Positions 55,992-64,000 of a DNA stretch of 64,000 nucleotides are shown in pieces (positions within the stretch are counted from its first letter, which is position 1; each line of letters begins with the position of its first letter). The notes beneath the pieces were generated by a model. The model ran no database searches. It was not told the DNA's origin and worked only from the letters and a program-made list of their open reading frames with translations. Made by a program: the position numbers and the translations under genes. Where the stretch lies: the sequence record OZ196285.1; one strand, written 5' to 3'.

Positions 55992-56053
55992 ACATTTGTG
56001 CTGAAATGCGCACATATGATACAAAAACATCAAACAATAGTGAGTAAATACTA

Positions 56054-56815
56054 ATGAATATTGCAACAACTTCTGGACATCGCTTCGGTATGCTAGTTAA
56101 ATCAGTAACTAATGGCATTCAAGGCACAGTCATCGGCATTACTCAATGTATTGCAGGCTGTGAGTTACTTGAAGTCAAGTCGAAAGATTCAAAGGGCGTG
56201 AAACGTTCATACATCTTTAGCTCGAAGCTAGTCGAGATTGTCAACTCAGATAAAGTTGATGAGTACGAGCAAATCTTTAAAGACACTAATCAAACTATGC
56301 CGATTCGTCTTGGCGATGAAGTGAGTGATTCAGTGTCTGAAGAGAAGGGCATTGTTGTTGAGATTCAATATCAAGTGAACAGCGACCCTGTTGTGCTTAT
56401 GATTAAGCCATACAGTGAGCATGAATCAAATCTATTCGCAACTGCGCGTGTTATTAGCTGCGAAAAGACTGGTCATTCTATTCACGATAAGATTGTGAAC
56501 AATCGTCTTAAACGTGATCGCGGTGAACTTAACGTTGAACTCATGCAAAAGGCGCGCTGTCTAGCGACTGGCGCAACGGGGCTCGTAACCTCAATATTCA
56601 ATCAAGCAAACGGCACTATCTCTGTTGGTATTCAACCAGTGAGCACCGAAGATAAAGTCTTAGACTCTCACTTTACTGATATTGAGTTAGTAGAGATTGT
56701 GACTGAACAAGTGAAAGAGACAACTCAACCCGATGGTAAGAAGCATCGCCCAAGTGGTTGTCTGCGCTCACATGAGCTAACATCACTGCGCAACAGTCAC
56801 ATGCGCACCATGTAA
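56054..56815 (+). CDS. Protein with three SH3/KOW-like modules
   Basis: Three (L/F)G..V......G.V..I repeats. Confidence 0.6.
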   Translation: MNIATTSGHRFGMLVKSVTNGIQGTVIGITQCIAGCELLEVKSKDSKGVKRSYIFSSKLVEIVNSDKVDEYEQIFKDTNQTMPIRLGDEVSDSVSEEKGIVVEIQYQVNSDPVVLMIKPYSEHESNLFATARVISCEKTGHSIHDKIVNNRLKRDRGELNVELMQKARCLATGATGLVTSIFNQANGTISVGIQPVSTEDKVLDSHFTDIELVEIVTEQVKETTQPDGKKHRPSGCLRSHELTSLRNSHMRTM

Positions 56816-56855
56816 CGCGTCATCGTGCGTACCTTAACAACAAAAAGGTATTCAT

Positions 56856-57314
56856 ATGAGATATGTAACATTAATGCTAATCTTCATGTGTGCATTTGCG
56901 AATGCACACGTTCATGACGATTGGGCGACTATACACCGAGTTGGGTTGAGTGACCATGATATAATTCACGTTGCTTCTGTTATGAGCACAAATCGACAAG
57001 CAACACTGACGGTTGATTGTACTGATAACATGACATTTCATGAGTTCAGAAGATATGACAATGAACATGAATCATTGCTTTATGTCGCGTTTGATAGTGA
57101 TGATCGATATTTAGCAACTGATTATCACGAATCATTTGGACATCGTACAAAGAATTTAGATTCGATGTCTGTTGAGTCTCGACAGTCATTCGATACTCGA
57201 ACGTCTATTACATTTGAAGTTCAACGTTCTGATTCGACACTTGGAATATATGTGTTTAGTCTACGAGGCTTTACTGAAGCTCATGAACAACTAATGGAAC
57301 TATGCAATCAGTGA
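56856..57314 (+). CDS. Secreted/periplasmic hypothetical protein
   Basis: Signal peptide ending ANA. Confidence 0.65.
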   Translation: MRYVTLMLIFMCAFANAHVHDDWATIHRVGLSDHDIIHVASVMSTNRQATLTVDCTDNMTFHEFRRYDNEHESLLYVAFDSDDRYLATDYHESFGHRTKNLDSMSVESRQSFDTRTSITFEVQRSDSTLGIYVFSLRGFTEAHEQLMELCNQ

Positions 57315-57826
57315 AACTTATATTCTTAGACATCGATGGCGTTCTTAACAACGCACTCGAAGCTGATGAGCATAAAGATGTGTACCTGCAAGGCGAGTAT
57401 CAAGGCTTTTACTCGCCTCGCTGTGTCGAACGTCTCAATACGCTCACCGAACAAACAGACGCGAAGATAGTGTTTTCGAGCACATGGCGACACGGTCTGA
57501 CGCTTGAACAAGTGAATGAGCTATTCAGTAACATGAATATTAATGCGGAGTGCATTGGCATCACTGACAATCTCAATATGTACAAATGGGCATATCGAGG
57601 CAACGAAATACTCAAATGGATTCAAGACAACAAAGACTTGATTACTGATGAGTATGTTTACAGAACTTACGTCATCTTAGACGACGATACCGACATGTTA
57701 TTGTGGCAACGCGACAACTATGTCAACTGTGACCCAGAGATTGGCATGACTGATCGAACTGTGGCACTCGCAGCCTCTATTCTTAATCACGCCCCTTGCA
57801 GTGATACAGGACAAGAGTTTGCATAA
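57302..57826 (+). CDS. HAD_SAK_2-like phosphatase (RNA-repair associated)
   Basis: IFLDIDGVLN, IVFSSTWR, RGNEI..W, YVILDDD. Confidence 0.85.
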   Translation: MQSVKLIFLDIDGVLNNALEADEHKDVYLQGEYQGFYSPRCVERLNTLTEQTDAKIVFSSTWRHGLTLEQVNELFSNMNINAECIGITDNLNMYKWAYRGNEILKWIQDNKDLITDEYVYRTYVILDDDTDMLLWQRDNYVNCDPEIGMTDRTVALAASILNHAPCSDTGQEFA

Positions 57827-57863
57827 CAATTCATAACTAACGACAATTATTAGGGAGCCTATA

Positions 57864-58892
57864 ATGTCACATGCAATCTATATCGGACGCTTTCGTCCAT
57901 TCCACAACGGTCATCTATCAAGTATCACTCAAGCATTCAGTGATCTATCACTAGACAAAATGACTATCCTCGTCGGTTCATGCAATCGCCATCGCTCACC
58001 AAAGAACCCGTTCGTGTTTGAAGAAGTGCAAACGATGATTCTATCAAGCTTACCAACTGAGTTGATCAGCAAAGTAGAAGTCAAATCGTTGTACGACCAC
58101 TCAAGCAATGACGTGTGGGCAACTGAAGTGCGCGACAGGACAAAAGGTGCGACTCATATTGTTGGCTTCAATAAAGATGAAAGCAGCTTCTATCTTAAAC
58201 TGTTCCCTGAACTGAAGAACTACGAGCCAGTTCCGATTGCGCTTCATGGCACTCCTCTGTCTGCTCGTGATGTTCGTATTCATTACTTCAATGGTGATTT
58301 GTTCCGTGGCAGTAATGTTGCTGTTCGCTTACCTCAAGGCACGATTCAGTTCCTCGAAGAATGGCGACGCACAGAGCACTTCGAAGATATTCGTGCTGAA
58401 CACGTGAGTGCAGTGCGCGAAGAACAGAAATTCGCGAACTATCCTTATGAGGGTCACTTGAATATCGCGTGTGCTGATAACGTCGTAACGTGTGCAGGTC
58501 ATGTATTGCTTGGCGTTCGTAAGCATAACCCAGGTAAGGGATGCTACGCACTACCAGGTGGACATAAAGCAGACAACGAAACGTTCTTGACTGCTGCACT
58601 GCGTGAGCTATACGAAGAGACTAACATCAAAGTACCTGAAAAGGTTCTGCGTGGATCTATCGTTGATGAGAAGATGTTCGATGATCCAACTCGTTCATAC
58701 CCTCACACTCGTATCACTATGGCATATCACATCGACATCGCGCTTGATAACAACAACAAGCTACCTCGTGTGACCCCTGCTGATGATCTTGAGAGCGTTG
58801 CGTGGGTACCAATGAGCGAAGTGCGTGAACATCAACACCTGATGTATGATGATCACTACCAAATCGTTCAGCATTTCACTGGCATTTACTAA
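57864..58892 (+). CDS. natV: Bifunctional NMN adenylyltransferase / Nudix hydrolase (NatV, NadM-Nudix)
   Basis: IGRFRPFHNGH; KNPF; Nudix GG...ET...AALRELYEETN. Confidence 0.92.
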   Translation: MSHAIYIGRFRPFHNGHLSSITQAFSDLSLDKMTILVGSCNRHRSPKNPFVFEEVQTMILSSLPTELISKVEVKSLYDHSSNDVWATEVRDRTKGATHIVGFNKDESSFYLKLFPELKNYEPVPIALHGTPLSARDVRIHYFNGDLFRGSNVAVRLPQGTIQFLEEWRRTEHFEDIRAEHVSAVREEQKFANYPYEGHLNIACADNVVTCAGHVLLGVRKHNPGKGCYALPGGHKADNETFLTAALRELYEETNIKVPEKVLRGSIVDEKMFDDPTRSYPHTRITMAYHIDIALDNNNKLPRVTPADDLESVAWVPMSEVREHQHLMYDDHYQIVQHFTGIY

Positions 58893-58913
58893 AAATTGAT
58901 AGGAATATGACGA

Positions 58914-58950
58914 AAAGGGTTGCATTGTGCAGCCCTTTTGTGTTTTAATA
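58914..58950 (+). promoter_or_regulatory. PeSL-like cassette, variant
   Basis: AAAAGGGTTGCA-TTG-TGCAGCCCTTTT then TGTTTTAAT. Confidence 0.65.
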
Positions 58951-58978
58951 GAACTATCTTAACAAATCAGAGAACATT

Positions 58979-59329
58979 ATGAGAGCTTATCGCATTGTCA
59001 CTGACATCAAAGACCTTGGCATCATCAAAGGCGACTTGTATGTGCAATCACCATACGATACTGAACGCTATCATCTAGCGCGTCAGCCTAATCGTCCACC
59101 AACAGATGTGTCGCTGATCAAGCAGTTCATTCATTTGTATGAAGAGACTCACGTCCTAGAATACGAAATCCCTGCATTGATGAGCTTCTGGCGTGAGTTT
59201 GCACAAGCACAGTTCGATGCTAATATTCTGCTTATTGCTAGTCTCGAAGAACAGAAAGCGTTCATCGATGAACAAATCGAACGAGCACGTCGTCAAGCTG
59301 ATGCTGTTAAGGTAATGATCAGTGAGTAA
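58979..59329 (+). CDS. Hypothetical early protein
   Basis: gagaacattATG leader. Confidence 0.7.
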   Translation: MRAYRIVTDIKDLGIIKGDLYVQSPYDTERYHLARQPNRPPTDVSLIKQFIHLYEETHVLEYEIPALMSFWREFAQAQFDANILLIASLEEQKAFIDEQIERARRQADAVKVMISE

Positions 59330-59561
59330 TACAAAATACATCGATTGGGATGTGCTCAATAAGAAGATCATCGTTGGCGACATACTGATTGTAAAGATCA
59401 ACGATGGAGATACTATCTATGACCACTTTGGTGTTGAAATGGTATCTGTTTGTTATCTTCGCGTGAGTGAGTTCGAAGACACTGAGTTCACACAAGAGAA
59501 CTCACCAATGCTCGACTCATATGTGTATGGCGGCTATGCTACAAAAGAGAGTATCAAATGA
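59322..59561 (+). CDS. Hypothetical protein
   Basis: Overlap-coupled ORF (GTG start). Confidence 0.55.
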   Translation: MSNTKYIDWDVLNKKIIVGDILIVKINDGDTIYDHFGVEMVSVCYLRVSEFEDTEFTQENSPMLDSYVYGGYATKESIK

Positions 59562-59836
59562 ATATCAAACTGCTAATAAGAAACGAAGTAAGAAACAACG
59601 CGAGTCGTTACGTCACAACATACGACATCATGGACGATATGCTTGCTAAGTTCCCTCAAGCGCGTAAGAGTGAAGACAACAACGATGGCACGAAAGCCAA
59701 TTCAACGTTACGTCGTGAAATCGCTCGTGAACTTGATGACTCGTGCAACTGGACGTTTGAGTGCTTCAATCGCCAAGGTCGTAAACTATATCGTCGTGTT
59801 GAATCAAACGACCTCAAGGATTTTGTATGCAAGTAA
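59558..59836 (+). CDS. Hypothetical protein
   Basis: ATGA-coupled ORF. Confidence 0.65.
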   Translation: MNIKLLIRNEVRNNASRYVTTYDIMDDMLAKFPQARKSEDNNDGTKANSTLRREIARELDDSCNWTFECFNRQGRKLYRRVESNDLKDFVCK

Positions 59837-60363
59837 ACTACATGGAACTACTGCGCAATGGTGCTTGTCGTGATGGCGTGCTTCGATACGTGAAACAAAC
59901 AAACAGATTGCATAGCAATGTCGATGCTCTAACGCTAATCGATGGACATAACACGCGTGGTGATCTAATCTGGCTGCTCGACGTTAAACTGAGTGCTAGT
60001 GTCATGCGTGTGTTAGCAGCGAAAGCATGTAGTGAGTTGCTACCATACTTGAGAGGTGAGTTTGCTCATGAACTCGACTACGAACTTGTCCGTGATGCGC
60101 TTGCAGACTTAGATAACGTTTCACCAAATGCGTCGCTGACTCATGAAGCACGTGACATCACTCGACGTATTGTTTGTGATATGAATATGATGAACGCAGC
60201 GCGTAATCCTATGCGTGCTATTCGTCACGCGCTTGGCAACCCGAAGTTTCATTCGTATGATGCTTCAATCGAACTGTGCTTGGCATACGCTGAGAAACGC
60301 AACCGCACTGAACTAATCAACACAATCGACGAAGTAATTCGAGTAGGACTATCTCATGATTAA
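59827..60363 (+). CDS. Helical hypothetical protein
   Basis: AAGGA RBS; 178 aa. Confidence 0.65.
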   Translation: MQVNYMELLRNGACRDGVLRYVKQTNRLHSNVDALTLIDGHNTRGDLIWLLDVKLSASVMRVLAAKACSELLPYLRGEFAHELDYELVRDALADLDNVSPNASLTHEARDITRRIVCDMNMMNAARNPMRAIRHALGNPKFHSYDASIELCLAYAEKRNRTELINTIDEVIRVGLSHD

Positions 60364-60985
60364 GCCATACGACTTAGTAAAGAAAATGCAAGACGTTGTG
60401 AACTCTTGTACGACTGTTGAACAACTGCTCAACGCTAGAAAGTATCTGTTACGTTGTTACAAATATGCTGACACGCTAGAAGACAGTGGCGCGTTCTTAA
60501 CTGTGACGCTTGGCGCCGAAGAAATGGATGGCATTCTAACCAATAAACTGTGTGAGTTAAGCAGCACACGTGGCATGAGAGCTATCGACACTGGTGTTAT
60601 CAAACTCGGACTAGACATTCATGGCGTTATCGATAAAGCACCTGAACTGTTCACGCTAATTAGCAAACTACCAGTCGAAGTGCATATCATCACTGGCATT
60701 AAAGAAGAACTTGACGACCAAGTACCTGATGACCTAGAATACGATCACTGGTTCAGTATTCATCAACACTTAGAAGATGAAGGCGTTGAGTTCTCATACG
60801 ATGAGAAAGGCAGACCTTGGTGCGACCCTGCTCTATGGGATGGCGCTAAAGCTGAATACTGTAAGCGTGAGAACATCACTATGATTATCGATGACTCACC
60901 GAACTACGTCGATACGTTCAAAGCATTAGACACGATGTATCTGCAACTCACTAACACAACACGAGAGGATTGGCGCAATGTTTAA
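60356..60985 (+). CDS. Protein with C-terminal HAD-like domain
   Basis: LGLDIHGVID, HIITG, IIDDSP. Confidence 0.7.
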   Translation: MIKPYDLVKKMQDVVNSCTTVEQLLNARKYLLRCYKYADTLEDSGAFLTVTLGAEEMDGILTNKLCELSSTRGMRAIDTGVIKLGLDIHGVIDKAPELFTLISKLPVEVHIITGIKEELDDQVPDDLEYDHWFSIHQHLEDEGVEFSYDEKGRPWCDPALWDGAKAEYCKRENITMIIDDSPNYVDTFKALDTMYLQLTNTTREDWRNV

Positions 60986-61259
60986 CTCACATAAAGCAAA
61001 CGTCGTACGTGAAGCATCAAAACAAATCATAAGCGAAATCATCGCTGAACGTTTCATCGGGCGCGTGACTATCATGGACGTGACGTATGATTTCGATAAT
61101 CAACATTACGATGTGTCTGTTGCTCATAACGAATTGTTCGATGAATGCACCATCACTGCTGCTGACCTCAACACTCGACTTGAACTGAACCTACTCGGCG
61201 TGCAAAAAGATCTATATAGCTACACGCTTAAACATCTAACACAAGTAATGAGAGAATAA
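60978..61259 (+). CDS. Small early protein, paralog array member 1
   Basis: Helix then YD....Y.V.V strand pattern. Confidence 0.6.
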   Translation: MFNSHKANVVREASKQIISEIIAERFIGRVTIMDVTYDFDNQHYDVSVAHNELFDECTITAADLNTRLELNLLGVQKDLYSYTLKHLTQVMRE

Positions 61260-61261
61260 TC

Positions 61262-61492
61262 ATGTTTGATCCTAGACTAATCGGCTCACGTATCATGGAT
61301 GACTACTATCGTCTTGAATCAGCAGTGACTCAAGCGTGTCATCTAGAACAAAACGAATACATCACTAACATTGATCATTGCAAAATCACTGGCGTGTTCA
61401 CTGCTACTGTTGTTCATGGCGATTGCGTTGATACTATACAAGTTGACTCGCTTACCGTTGAACAAATACTAAGGGAAGACAATGACAATTAG
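61262..61492 (+). CDS. Small early protein, paralog array member 2
   Basis: Helix then F.A.VV....D pattern. Confidence 0.6.
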   Translation: MFDPRLIGSRIMDDYYRLESAVTQACHLEQNEYITNIDHCKITGVFTATVVHGDCVDTIQVDSLTVEQILREDNDN

Positions 61493-61736
61493 TGGAATTA
61501 ATCAACACGATATCGATAGAGTCATGCAAGGTCATGAAGTAATCGTACATGTCCTTGACCACATGATGAATCTCGCTGACAATCAATACACTGACTCGCT
61601 CGTGTATGATAAAGAACAAAAGATGTTCACTGTCACTGTCATTACTGAAACCGATGAAGATATTACATACGATGAAACGAAAGTAACTGCTGCTGCCGTC
61701 GCTGAATATATGGTGGAGAGACAACATGAACGTTAA
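61482..61736 (+). CDS. Small early protein, paralog array member 3
   Basis: YDKEQKMFTVTV...DE..V.A..V..YM. Confidence 0.65.
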   Translation: MTISGINQHDIDRVMQGHEVIVHVLDHMMNLADNQYTDSLVYDKEQKMFTVTVITETDEDITYDETKVTAAAVAEYMVERQHER

Positions 61737-61938
61737 AGCAATGCACGATGTCATGCAACTCGCTAATGAGTTCGAACGAATCGCTGTGCTCATCGCTAAA
61801 GAGCGCAGACCAACCGGCATTCTCGATACTGCTCTGTACATCGAATCAATGCAACAATGGGTAGTCGTGCTCGTTCTTAATGGCGGACGCTATAGAGAAA
61901 TCGTTTCTAACGATGAAATACTAAAGGCATTCAAATGA
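61726..61938 (+). CDS. Small early protein, paralog array member 4
   Basis: GGAG RBS; Y.E..QQW.V.LV pattern. Confidence 0.6.
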   Translation: MNVKAMHDVMQLANEFERIAVLIAKERRPTGILDTALYIESMQQWVVVLVLNGGRYREIVSNDEILKAFK

Positions 61939-62150
61939 CTCTAACTGATATCATTCAAGCTCATCGCTCTATCATGGAAGCTATCAGCGATATACTTGTT
62001 CTAAGTGCTTGCCAAGAACTCGTACACGCTACTTACGATGATGACACTCACTCTTTCGAATGTGTCGTCGAAACTGTTACACAAAACGGCACTGAAGTAG
62101 ATGAGTTCAGCCTGAGCGCATCACACGTCGAAACTTATATGGGAATCTAA
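61935..62150 (+). CDS. Small early protein, paralog array member 5
   Basis: YDDDTHSFECVV...DEF.L.A..V..YM. Confidence 0.65.
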   Translation: MTLTDIIQAHRSIMEAISDILVLSACQELVHATYDDDTHSFECVVETVTQNGTEVDEFSLSASHVETYMGI

Positions 62151-62151
62151 C

Positions 62152-62334
62152 ATGACTACTATCGTATTACCATCTTACCTAAGTCACGTGATCGTCGATG
62201 AAAACACTATCACCATCGACTCTGCACGCGATAAAGCATTAGTCGTTGACTGGCTTACAAGCAATAAAGCTAAGTTCACTATCACCACTAAAACAATCAG
62301 CCGATGTGTTATACACGTAAAGAGACTCAAATGA
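62152..62334 (+). CDS. Hypothetical protein
   Basis: GGGA RBS. Confidence 0.55.
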   Translation: MTTIVLPSYLSHVIVDENTITIDSARDKALVVDWLTSNKAKFTITTKTISRCVIHVKRLK

Positions 62335-62714
62335 ATATGAAAGGACTGCTGCAACAACTCAATAGCACTGAAGAAGCTATAGCTGATATGTTTGGTCTCG
62401 ATGAACTATGGCATAAGCTAATAGACTGTACTGGCTACAAATTCACATTCAATATCTGTACTGATGATGTTAAAGATGCATATACAATTCGCAATCAAAT
62501 AAGCGAAATCACATATGGCTTTAAAACAATACCTGATATCGATAAAGGCAATTGCTATAGCATTGAAGTATACGGCACTAGTGTATGGTTCGATGAAGAG
62601 AAACGATATGTACTCGTCGTAGCCGACTCGAACGGCGAACAAAACATGTATCTCTTCGACATGCAGAACAACAACAATCAAGAAGAATCAGAATACATCG
62701 AACAACAATACTAA
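62331..62714 (+). CDS. Hypothetical protein
   Basis: ATGA-coupled start at 62331; terminator at 62724-62757. Confidence 0.65.
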   Translation: MNMKGLLQQLNSTEEAIADMFGLDELWHKLIDCTGYKFTFNICTDDVKDAYTIRNQISEITYGFKTIPDIDKGNCYSIEVYGTSVWFDEEKRYVLVVADSNGEQNMYLFDMQNNNNQEESEYIEQQY

Positions 62715-62803
62715 AATAATTTCAAAAAAAGCGCAAATAACCATTGCGCTTTTTTTTCGTCTGATGTACAATAACTGCAAACAAGAGAACAAGAGATTGC
62801 ATT

Positions 62804-62953
62804 ATGCTTATCATATCTTCACTAGTGCTAACACTCATTGCTATAATGATGATAGTACAATCACTAAAGTCATTCAGCTTTATCATGTTCGCTCTAAGCG
62901 CACTTATAGGCTTTATCGCTTATGTTCTACTAGGCATGGGGATGCTATCATGA
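62804..62953 (+). CDS. Small two-TM membrane protein (49 aa)
   Basis: MLIISSLVLTLIAIMM...; ATGA overlap with next gene; not in ORF track. Confidence 0.55.
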   Translation: MLIISSLVLTLIAIMMIVQSLKSFSFIMFALSALIGFIAYVLLGMGMLS

Positions 62954-63120
62954 TCGCACTCACTGTAATAATTGCTATCATGATAACGATTCTTCTGTTC
63001 GATAACTTCGATAGCATTCTCAATAGAACAGAACGACAAATACTACTGATCTTTCTCACTATCGCGTCTGTCATCAACATCGCTAATGTAGCTGTGTTAG
63101 TAAAATATGGAGTATCATAA
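62950..63120 (+). CDS. Small two-TM membrane protein
   Basis: MIALTVIIAIMITILLF... Confidence 0.55.
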   Translation: MIALTVIIAIMITILLFDNFDSILNRTERQILLIFLTIASVINIANVAVLVKYGVS

Positions 63121-63350
63121 TGAAAGCTCAATCTCAACTCACGGCTACTTGCGTCGATGTATGCTCACCGCGTATAGACAAACCAAGCTCAAATGAAACT
63201 CCTACTGGGCTCACTGTTGGCAAAGATTACGTCGTTCACATGTATAACGCCAACAATGATAACAATAAAGCTGAACCAATGATTCGTATCACTAACGATA
63301 ACAATCAACGTGCGTCATACGTCGCTAGACGCTTCAACATTAAGAGCTAG
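63120..63350 (+). CDS. Hypothetical protein
   Basis: GGAG RBS; LTVGKDY.V SH3-like pattern. Confidence 0.6.
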   Translation: MKAQSQLTATCVDVCSPRIDKPSSNETPTGLTVGKDYVVHMYNANNDNNKAEPMIRITNDNNQRASYVARRFNIKS

Positions 63351-63473
63351 TCGAAACTAAGAGCATCGTCGCTTAACACAGCTAACAGCTCTTAGAATCG
63401 CTGTCAGAAGCTCTCAGACGTGATTTTCTATAGAGCAAATGATAATGTTTTTAATATCACGCACCACGCCTCG

Positions 63474-63591
63474 TTATCCACAGCGTGTTGTGTATAACTA
63501 CTGAATAACTCTCAGTGAATTGTGGATAACTTATTGATAGTCTGAGAGTAAAACAGAAATCAGTGGATAAGTCTGTGGGCAATGTGGATAA
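63474..63591. promoter_or_regulatory. DnaA-box cluster (candidate origin or DnaA sink)
   Basis: TTATCCACA 63474(+); TGTGTATAA 63489, TGTGGATAA 63521 and 63583 (-); AGTGGATAA 63562 (1 mismatch). Confidence 0.8.
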
Positions 63592-63786
63592 GAAAATACA
63601 GTTACAGAAATTGGTGGAGTGTCGTGCGCTCCGAGTAAGACAGAATTACTCAGAATAAGTCTAGATTGGCTGCGTTCAGTCGCGGATGGTAGACGATTTC
63701 GAAAAGGCGAAGACCACCCGCGGTAATGTCTAAGCACATCAAACAACATAAGTCAACCGATTCGAGAATGGTAGAGGATAATTGAA

Positions 63787-64000
63787 ATGAAGAAGATAAT
63801 TGAAGAGAAGTCGTTAGAGGCAGAGAAGTGCATCATTGACGTAGGTGAAGTGTACCCATGCCGAGTGCATAGCGGTGGTCACAATTACACTGGTCGTTTG
63901 CATCGTGTTAAGCATAGCGTATTGCCATTGACTGGTGATTTTGCAGCACCGATTTACTTGTTAGAGCATGGAGAGCATGTATCACGCTTGACTGAGTATG
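63787..64000 (+). CDS. Hypothetical protein, 3'-truncated by window edge
   Basis: GAGG RBS, ATG 63787, open to end. Confidence 0.55.
   Translation, partial: MKKIIEEKSLEAEKCIIDVGEVYPCRVHSGGHNYTGRLHRVKHSVLPLTGDFAAPIYLLEHGEHVSRLTEY

Noticed and set aside
368-62681. Numerous short antisense or alternate-frame ORFs in the track
   Set aside because: They lie wholly inside well-supported genes, lack RBSs and show no motifs.
63531-63749. 72-aa minus-strand ORF over the DnaA boxes
   Set aside because: No RBS, atypical composition, and it overlaps the regulatory repeats.
1-64000. tRNA, rRNA or CRISPR arrays
   Set aside because: No cloverleaf/T-loop signatures, rRNA-like tracts or repeat-spacer arrays were seen; the TTAG arrays have 5-nt spacers, far too short for CRISPR.

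Overview
This 64 kb window comes from a large T4-like (Straboviridae) myophage. Gene content, order and protein sizes point to the Vibrio KVP40/nt-1 (Schizotequatrovirus-like) group; that assignment is an inference. Most genes lie on the + strand. Core blocks: gp24-like vertex, gp55 late sigma, gp47/gp46, gp45.2-45-44-62-regA-gp43 replisome, RnlA, spanins, PseT, dCMP deaminase, gp31, gp49, RnlB, rIIA/rIIB and Dda. Accessory content: a 7-deazaguanine cluster (QueD, FolE, TGT/DpdA-like, QueF, QueC, Ntn-amidotransferase), NAD/ADP-ribose genes (NADAR, macrodomain, NMNAT-Nudix, SLOG), an ArdA-like plus DNA methyltransferase cassette, and many small early ORFs. The most unusual signals are: (1) a dense DnaA-box cluster at ~63.5 kb coinciding with a local GC-skew inversion; (2) two six-unit TTAG arrays with exact 9-bp period upstream of promoters; (3) a 29-32 aa peptide with three GREEDW repeats after regA; (4) a dispersed family of proteins with T4-type capsid-targeting N-termini carrying methyltransferase, zincin and HEAT-repeat domains; (5) an unannotated ART-like pseudogene at 42.5-42.9 kb. 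No tRNA, rRNA or CRISPR array was seen. All family assignments are from motif recognition by eye; no searches were run.
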